This document shows, in pieces, positions 57,675-64,000 of a DNA stretch of 64,000 bases. The DNA is taken from NCBI GenBank assembly GCA_963733195.1, contig CAVTCR010000071.1, positions 1 through 64,000 of the forward strand, written 5' to 3'. This stretch comes from an uncultured delta proteobacterium. Lineage in GTDB: Bacteria; Desulfobacterota; Binatia; Bin18. Under the pieces are notes generated by a model, which was given only the letters and a program-made list of their open reading frames with translations, did no database searches and was not told the origin of the DNA. The translations under genes were made by a program, and so were the position numbers. Within the stretch, counting starts at the first letter, position 1. Every line of letters starts with the position of its first letter.

Positions 57675-58559
57675 ATGTTCAAGATAGGTAAACTGTTTCA
57701 CCTCACCCATGTTGTGAACGATCTCGATGCCGTCGACAACTGGTACGACGACGTGTTTTCGTGCAAACGTTTCTACAAAGGGTACGAAAAGCTGGCAGGA
57801 CGCGACGCGTCACTCCTCGTGATTGGTGAAGTTCTTATGGAACCTATGACACCGGCCAAGCGAGAAAACCTACGCAATCTGTCAGTCAAGAAATTCCACG
57901 ATCGCTTCGGTCAGCATTTCCATTCTATCGCCTGGTATGTCGATGATGTTGAGGCAATCTCTGCCCAGCTCGATCAAGCAAACTTACGCCTGTTCAACAT
58001 CGTTGGTACCCAGGTCAAACCTCCGCATAAGATGGACGCGATCTGGACCCATCCGCGCGAAACGCCTGGCCAGTTAGAATTTGCTCTGAATGGTGATTTC
58101 GCCAAAGATCCCCGTTTTGAACCGAACTGGTCAAATGTCCCGTGGCGGGAACATCCGTTGGGGATTGAAGGTGCCTCGCATATTGGTGTAGTCGTCGGCG
58201 ACATGACCAAAGCGAAGCGCTTGTATTGTGATGTCCTCGGCGGAAAGTTGATCCATGAAGAAGAAGTGCAAGGCCGCAAGAAAAGTTCCTTCGTCGCAGT
58301 TGGTGAAGATACGGTTGTCGAACTGATTCTGCCTCATTCCCCGTCCACGCCAGAGGGACAGGATCTGGAGAAGAATGGTGAGGGCATTTATTCGTTGGTC
58401 TTCAAAACAAATAACCTGAGTAAAGCGCAGGAGTTCCTAAAGAGCAAACACATGCGGCCTGAACCTGAAGGGAAAGATTCGATCATCCTCGGACCGGACC
58501 AAGCGTTTGGGATGGTAGTGGGCTTTACCCAGCGTAGCCTACCAAACGATCCGCGATAG
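57675..58559 (+). CDS. Two-domain VOC (glyoxalase-like) protein
   Basis: FHLTHVVNDLD, HSIAWYVDD, SHIGVVVGD, VELI; GGAGG RBS. Confidence 0.85.
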   Translation: MFKIGKLFHLTHVVNDLDAVDNWYDDVFSCKRFYKGYEKLAGRDASLLVIGEVLMEPMTPAKRENLRNLSVKKFHDRFGQHFHSIAWYVDDVEAISAQLDQANLRLFNIVGTQVKPPHKMDAIWTHPRETPGQLEFALNGDFAKDPRFEPNWSNVPWREHPLGIEGASHIGVVVGDMTKAKRLYCDVLGGKLIHEEEVQGRKKSSFVAVGEDTVVELILPHSPSTPEGQDLEKNGEGIYSLVFKTNNLSKAQEFLKSKHMRPEPEGKDSIILGPDQAFGMVVGFTQRSLPNDPR

Positions 58560-58585
58560 AAAATCGGTAATCACTCACTACAACT

Positions 58586-58630
58586 ACAGGAGGCTCGTAT
58601 GGATAAGGAACAGGTACACGAGCCTCCTAC
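58586..58630. terminator. Hairpin between convergent genes
   Basis: aggaggctcgt ... acgagcctcct. Confidence 0.6.
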
Positions 58631-59451
58631 GTCGGCCGTTTTATCGTCATCCCCAGAATGTTGTAGCCACCATCAATGTGAATAATCTCGCCAGTGATTT
58701 TCGCCGCCATCGGGCTACACAAGAAGAGCGCGGCTTTGCCGGCATCAGAATTGAGAATCTCATCTTGTAACGGCGCGTAAGTTTTCATGTGCTCTTGCAT
58801 GATAGAAAAGCCAGGAATACTAGTGCCAGCTTTTGTCGCTGTTGGCCCCGGCGAGAGTCCGTTCACCCGAATACGATGCTGCGCTAAGTCAAATGCAAGA
58901 TTCCTGATGATATTGTCGAGTGCCGCTTTGGCAGTGCTCATCAACTGATAGCCAGGAATGACTTTCTCACTAGCAAAATAGGTCATCGCCAGAATACAAC
59001 CACCTCGATTTTTCATCAGCGGTAATGCACCACGCGCTAAGGCGATCAACGAGTACGCACTAATATCGAGCGCCAGGGCAAAGTCTGCACGGGCGATCTC
59101 TACGAACCGTTTCTCGAACGATTGCGGTGGTGCATAGGCAATTGAGTGAATGAGAAAATCGATATGGTCGAACTCTTTGCCAACCTCAATATACATGCGC
59201 TCGATTTCCTCGTCTTTGCTCGCATCGCACTCAACGATGAGTGGGTTATTGAGCTGACTAGCAACATTGCCCATCATGCGACGCACGGCTTTGCGTTGAA
59301 TTGATAGCGCAATTCGTGCACCACCATCGTTGAGATACTTGGCGATCGGCCACGCAATCGAGTGTTCGTCGAGTACGCCGGTCACTAGTGCTGTCTTGCC
59401 AGAAAAATCGAGAAAGCTGCTGATCGCAGTTTGCTGATCGGCCATATCCAT
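58627..59451 (-). CDS. fabI: Enoyl-ACP reductase (NADH)
   Basis: SIAW.IA, HSIAYAP, DISAYSL, Y..M..AKAAL, RVNGLSPGP. Confidence 0.88.
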   Translation of the reverse strand: MDMADQQTAISSFLDFSGKTALVTGVLDEHSIAWPIAKYLNDGGARIALSIQRKAVRRMMGNVASQLNNPLIVECDASKDEEIERMYIEVGKEFDHIDFLIHSIAYAPPQSFEKRFVEIARADFALALDISAYSLIALARGALPLMKNRGGCILAMTYFASEKVIPGYQLMSTAKAALDNIIRNLAFDLAQHRIRVNGLSPGPTATKAGTSIPGFSIMQEHMKTYAPLQDEILNSDAGKAALFLCSPMAAKITGEIIHIDGGYNILGMTIKRPT

Positions 59452-59598
59452 ATCCTCCCCTGTTCTTTTCCGCAGAGGACTGCTTACTGCGCTTCTTTGG
59501 ACAGGGCAAGGGCTATAGCAGTACGTTATTCCTGCGAAGGCGGGAATTCAGGTTAAAGCAAACCATATGACATTCGCACGAATGTGACTCCTAAGTTA

Positions 59599-59659
59599 TG
59601 TCATTCTGAGCGGAGCGAAGAATCTCTCTGAGAGCCCCTTCGTTGCACTTAGGATGACA
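59599..59659. repeat. REP-like palindrome (GTCATTCTGAGC..CGAAGAATCT family)
   Basis: tgtcattctgagcggagcgaagaatct...cttcgttgcacttaggatgaca; sibling at ~60152-60218. Confidence 0.75.
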
Positions 59660-59690
59660 CGTCTGCTAGGTCAATCTTTTGTGGCTTGAT

Positions 59691-60104
59691 TTAGCGAGAA
59701 ACAAATTTGTCCCGATGTGGAAAGATGAGAGCCAGCAGCAAGTTCACGACGACAATATAAAAGAAGGCAAACTTGATGCGCGAAAATTCTTGATACAGCA
59801 TCACCCAGACGGTGGTCGAGAGCAGCATATAGCCAGCAACAAATTGTGTGAGCTGCCACACCCACGGCTGCATGGTCCACAAGCCAGCGACCAAGGCTAA
59901 TGCCACAACGAGTTGCAGCGCGTGCATCAATTGCGCCCAGATGCCGAACACACGCACACCCAGCACAACACTGACTGGTCCCTGTGCATATGGGCGCTCA
60001 AATGGCGCAACAAAATCCCAGGCAATGATCACCGCAGCGTAAAAAGCGATGAGCAGTGCACCAATAGTAATGCTGACAGGGCGGTCGATGGAGGTCAGAT
60101 GCAT
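59691..60104 (-). CDS. Small integral membrane protein (4 TM)
   Basis: Four hydrophobic segments; flanked by REP-like repeats. Confidence 0.7.
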   Translation of the reverse strand: MHLTSIDRPVSITIGALLIAFYAAVIIAWDFVAPFERPYAQGPVSVVLGVRVFGIWAQLMHALQLVVALALVAGLWTMQPWVWQLTQFVAGYMLLSTTVWVMLYQEFSRIKFAFFYIVVVNLLLALIFPHRDKFVSR

Positions 60105-60248
60105 TTCGTCTCTTCTCCGTATCTAAGGGTTATTCAGAAACATATCGATCTTGTCATGTTGAGCGAAGCGAAACATCTCCTTACAAGTGTAGGAGAGATT
60201 CTTCGCTTTGCTAGAATGCTGAGGAGCTCTACGGTGTCAGCCCGATAA

Positions 60249-61040
60249 TTATCTTACCCCCGTAAATTTCGGTTCGCGTTTCTCGACGAACGAGCGAATC
60301 GCTTCTTTGTGATCTTCAGTGACAAAGCAGTGCTTCTCCAACGCAAGCGAAGTATCAAGCACGAGGTTTGCCGTGTCACGGAGGATTTTGTTCACCGACA
60401 CTTTTGTCCAACGAATCGCTTTGGTTGGGCCGTTGGCTAACCGTGTCGCGAGCGCCATTGCTTTATCCATTAGTTGATCGGCTGGCACAACGTGATTCAC
60501 CAACCCAATGCGTTCAGCTTCTGCGGCAGTGATAATGTCGCCAGTCATTAACAACTCTTTGGCACGCGCAGCACCAACTAACCACGGCCAGATCACGGCG
60601 CCACCGTCACCAGCAACAACACCCACTCTCACATGCGGGTCACCAATCTTGGCGTTATCCGCGGCGAAAATCACGTCAGAGAATAACGCCAGTGTCGCTC
60701 CAAGACCGGTCGCTGGGCCATTCACCGCAGCGATGATCGGCTGCTCGACTTCGAGCATATCAATGATGATCTTGCGGGCTTCGAGAAAAAGCGCATCGAG
60801 TTGTGATGTGGTCATATCTTGAAACCACTTAATGTCACCACCAGCGCAGAACGCCCTTCCCTTTCCTGTCAGCACCACGGCTTCGGCTTCTTTATCTTGG
60901 GCAATGTCAGCGAAGATTTGCGAAATCTCCGTGTGCAGCGGAGCGTTGATCGCATTGAGCGACTCAGGGCGGTTCAGAGCAACAACGAGCACCTTGTCCT
61001 TGCGTTCGACACTAAGGTAGTGATAACGGCTGTAATCCAT
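60249..61040 (-). CDS. Enoyl-CoA hydratase/isomerase family
   Basis: LNRPESLNA, AFCAGGDI, IIAAVNGPATGLG. Confidence 0.94.
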   Translation of the reverse strand: MDYSRYHYLSVERKDKVLVVALNRPESLNAINAPLHTEISQIFADIAQDKEAEAVVLTGKGRAFCAGGDIKWFQDMTTSQLDALFLEARKIIIDMLEVEQPIIAAVNGPATGLGATLALFSDVIFAADNAKIGDPHVRVGVVAGDGGAVIWPWLVGAARAKELLMTGDIITAAEAERIGLVNHVVPADQLMDKAMALATRLANGPTKAIRWTKVSVNKILRDTANLVLDTSLALEKHCFVTEDHKEAIRSFVEKREPKFTGVR

Positions 61041-61128
61041 AATCGTGTCTCCTTATATTGGTTGATGTGAAGCGCGGCTGCATTATTGGTCAGCTCGCTT
61101 GAAGGATCAAGGGACAAAGGACAGAACT

Positions 61129-62091
61129 ATGCAAATCTATTTTTGCCGAGAAGGACTGAATTCCATCATGGCTATTCTGCAGCGGGAACTTCCAGAGGAT
61201 CAAATTCTCTGTTGCGCACCAGAGAAAGTGGTTGAGGCCTCGCGTGAAGCTGACGTACTGATTCCTACCGTCTCACCTGTCACCGCTGACGCCATCAGTT
61301 CACCACGTCTCAAGCTGGTCCAGCAGTACGGTGCTGGGCTAGATACGGTCGATATTCCCACTGCTACCAAGCACGGCGTCTACGTCGCCAATGTGCCAAG
61401 TGCGGGAACAGGGAATGCCGAATCAGTCGCAGAATTGTCATTGCTCTTCATGTTGGCTCTGGCACGTCGCTATCCACAAGCGCAAGAAGCCTTACAGCAA
61501 CGTAAGTTAGGCACTCCGTTTGGCTCTGCCCTCAAAGGGCGCACAGCAGCGATTATTGGTTTTGGTGGCATTGGACAAGAGCTGGCCAAACGTTTGCGCG
61601 GATTCGAGATGAAAGTGCTTGCCGTCTCGAAACGTGGTCCAAAAGCAGGAGACGCTCCGGTCGATTTTCACGGAGCACTTGATGCACTGCACACCGTGTT
61701 ACAGCAAGCGGATTTTGTCATTGTCGCTCCGCCGCTCAATGACGAAACGCGTGGCATGATTGGTCAGGCTGAGTATGCCTGCATGAAACCGAGTGCGTTC
61801 ATTATCAACGTTGCCCGTGGCCCGGTGCTCGATTACGATGCGACTGTCGCGGCCCTCAAAGAAAAACGCATCGCTGGTGCCGGACTCGATGTCTTCTGGC
61901 ACGAACCGTTTGACCCGACTGATCAGATTTTCTCGTATAACGTCATCGCCACACCGCACGTCGGCGGCGCAACAGACCTTAGTCTACAAGGAATCGCTAA
62001 AAAGGTTGCAGACAACATCAACCGCGTGCGGCAGGGAGAGATGCCGCTCAATTGCGTGAACGCAGCGGAGATTAAGACAAAAGGAAAGTAG
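61129..62091 (+). CDS. D-2-hydroxyacid dehydrogenase family
   Basis: GFGGIG, INVARG, GLDVF..EP, TPHVGG. Confidence 0.93.
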   Translation: MQIYFCREGLNSIMAILQRELPEDQILCCAPEKVVEASREADVLIPTVSPVTADAISSPRLKLVQQYGAGLDTVDIPTATKHGVYVANVPSAGTGNAESVAELSLLFMLALARRYPQAQEALQQRKLGTPFGSALKGRTAAIIGFGGIGQELAKRLRGFEMKVLAVSKRGPKAGDAPVDFHGALDALHTVLQQADFVIVAPPLNDETRGMIGQAEYACMKPSAFIINVARGPVLDYDATVAALKEKRIAGAGLDVFWHEPFDPTDQIFSYNVIATPHVGGATDLSLQGIAKKVADNINRVRQGEMPLNCVNAAEIKTKGK

Positions 62092-62134
62092 AAATCAAGA
62101 ATTACTAAAGAGGACGGTGAGGAAGGAACACAGA

Positions 62135-62581
62135 ATGACGGTTCTCAAACACATTCCGAATATGGAAGGGTACCAGGCATTTCCCGCCGGTACGGTCATC
62201 CTCAAAAAAGGGGAGCCTGGTGATGTCATGTACGTCGTGAAAGCGGGAACGGTTGAAGTGCGGGATGGGAGACGACTTCTTGATACAGTCGAACCAGGAG
62301 GGGTCGTAGGAGAGGTGGCACTCATCGATGCGGGAGGACGTAGCGCCTCAGTAATCGCCAAAACCGACTGCCAACTGCTCCCGATCGATGAAGAACAGTT
62401 TATCTTGCTGGTGGAACGGATGCCGTACTTTGCTCTACAGGTTATGCGGGTGCTCGCTCACCGCCTGAGACGCACGACGGAACAACGTGGCACGTCACAA
62501 TCACGGAGAAGTGGGCGCAAGGCAAATCCGGCTAAGCGCAACGCACAGAAAGGCGTACAAAGACAAAAAGCAAAGAGATAA
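62135..62581 (+). CDS. Stand-alone cyclic-nucleotide-binding protein
   Basis: GEPGDVMYVV..G.V and GEVALID...RSASV; no HTH, basic tail. Confidence 0.85.
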   Translation: MTVLKHIPNMEGYQAFPAGTVILKKGEPGDVMYVVKAGTVEVRDGRRLLDTVEPGGVVGEVALIDAGGRSASVIAKTDCQLLPIDEEQFILLVERMPYFALQVMRVLAHRLRRTTEQRGTSQSRRSGRKANPAKRNAQKGVQRQKAKR

Positions 62582-62712
62582 CCGTAAAGAGATCAAGGCC
62601 GACCTACAGCTTCAAACGAGTCACAGACCAATAGTGTTTGGCACTCGTTGTGCAGACATGGCTACCGGGAGAAGGCAGCATGAGGGGAAAAGAATGACAT
62701 TCCTTGTTGGCT

Positions 62713-62746
62713 CCCCTCACCTTCGCCCTCTCCCGAAGGGAGAGGG
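62713..62746. repeat. REP-like element CCCTCACC..CCCTCTCCC..GGGAGAGGG
   Basis: cccctcaccttcgccctctcccgaagggagaggg; relatives lie inside genes at 1-54 and 10265-10310. Confidence 0.75.
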
Positions 62747-62773
62747 AATGACTTGCCTTGACCGTAAGACCAC

Positions 62774-63941
62774 CTACCGCCGCTGCTCAATCGCTGCGTA
62801 CGGCTGGTCGTGCGTGCCAGTATAGACCTGATCGGGCCGGAAGATACGATTATTTCTCAATTGTTCTGCCCAGTGCGCTAACCATCCGGCAACGCGGGCA
62901 ATCGCAAAAATCGGCGTGAACTGATCAATATGAATGCCGAGTTTGTCGTAAACAACGCCAGAATAGAAATCGACGTTGGAGGCAATGCCTTTGGCACCGA
63001 CGTGATCGTTAATCGTTTGTTCGACTTCTTGCGCAACTTTGTAGAGCGGGTGCTCACCTTTCATTTTGAAGAGGTGCTGCGCTAAGCCCTGAAGAGCAAA
63101 TGCACGTGGATCTTTCACCTTGTAGACCCGATGCCCGACACCCATGATCTTTTCTTTGCGCTCCAGCTTGCCTTTAATGTAGGGCCGTACGTTCTCAACC
63201 GTTTTGATTTCCCGAAACATCCTCAGTGCCTGCTCATTGGCTCCACCGTGCAAAGGACCAGTGAGGGCACCAATCGCCGACGCCACCATAGTGTACGGAT
63301 CAGCCAGTGTCGATCCAACGACTAGTCCACTAAACGTTGACGCGTTCATCGTGTGTTCAGCATGCAGAATCAGGCACACATCGAGGATGTGGACATCTAA
63401 CGGATCGGGATCTTGTTCGGTCAACATCCACAGGAAGTTCGCCGCATGAGAAAGATCGTCGCGCGGACGCACCGGCTCGTCGCCATGGCGCATACGCTCA
63501 AATGCGGCGACGATCGTCGGCAGTTTGGCAATAAGGCGGATAATCGACCAATAGTGCTTCTCTTGACTCAGAACATCTGTTCCCGGGGGGAGCTTCAGCT
63601 GCGTCAATTTTCGCAGGATAGAACATCCCTAACGCCGCGACCGCTGCTTGCAGGGCGTCCATGGGATGGCCGTTTTCTGGTAAGCATTTGATTAAGTCGA
63701 TCAGTTTATATTTGATCCGCCGATGGGTACGCAGATCGTGATCGAATTTGGCAAGTTCATCGCGGCTCGGGAGTTTGCCCCACAACAACAGATAGGCCAC
63801 TTCTTCATAGGTGCTTTTTTCTGCCAGCGTCTCGATCGGAATCCCCCGATACTCGAGCACGCCTTTTTGGCCGTCGATGAAGCCGACTTGCGACTCCATA
63901 ATCGGCACACCTTCGAGTCCAGGAATCAATTGTTTCTCCAT
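62774..63941 (-). CDS. gltA: Citrate synthase (frameshifted near 63560-63620)
   Basis: GLEGV, HAEHTMNAST, GPLHGGANE, GVGHRVYK..DPR, NVDFYSG. Confidence 0.93.
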
Positions 63942-64000
63942 AGTTAACCTTTCCAGTACGTAACGTTAGCGTCAGTAATGTAGCTGCGATTTTATTCCCT

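Overview
A bacterial chromosomal window whose gene content and repeats suggest Binatia or a deltaproteobacterium (inference). Many single-base frameshifts, including in housekeeping genes, point to an error-prone long-read assembly, so split ORFs are joined by hand and their boundaries are approximate. Content: (1) Three paralogous STAND-type AAA-ATPase/TPR signalling genes. Each is followed by a different toxin-antitoxin module, and extra orphan copies of the gene's conserved 3' end separate TA cassettes at 2.0-3.6 kb. (2) An operon coupling an isochorismatase-like protein lacking its catalytic Asp to a sensorless hybrid kinase, a receiver and a REC-cyclase. (3) A vanadium haloperoxidase-like gene, RNase T2, msrA and acyl-CoA catabolic genes. 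(4) A GC-rich monomeric isocitrate dehydrogenase followed directly by the 3' scar of a dimeric icd. (5) A ~26 kb island with a phosphorelay, partner-switching components and a Wzx/Wzy exopolysaccharide locus, sharing a sigma28-like promoter motif at seven sites with identical spacing. (6) Housekeeping genes (fabI, citrate synthase). No tRNA, rRNA, CRISPR array, integrase, transposase or reverse transcriptase was recognised.
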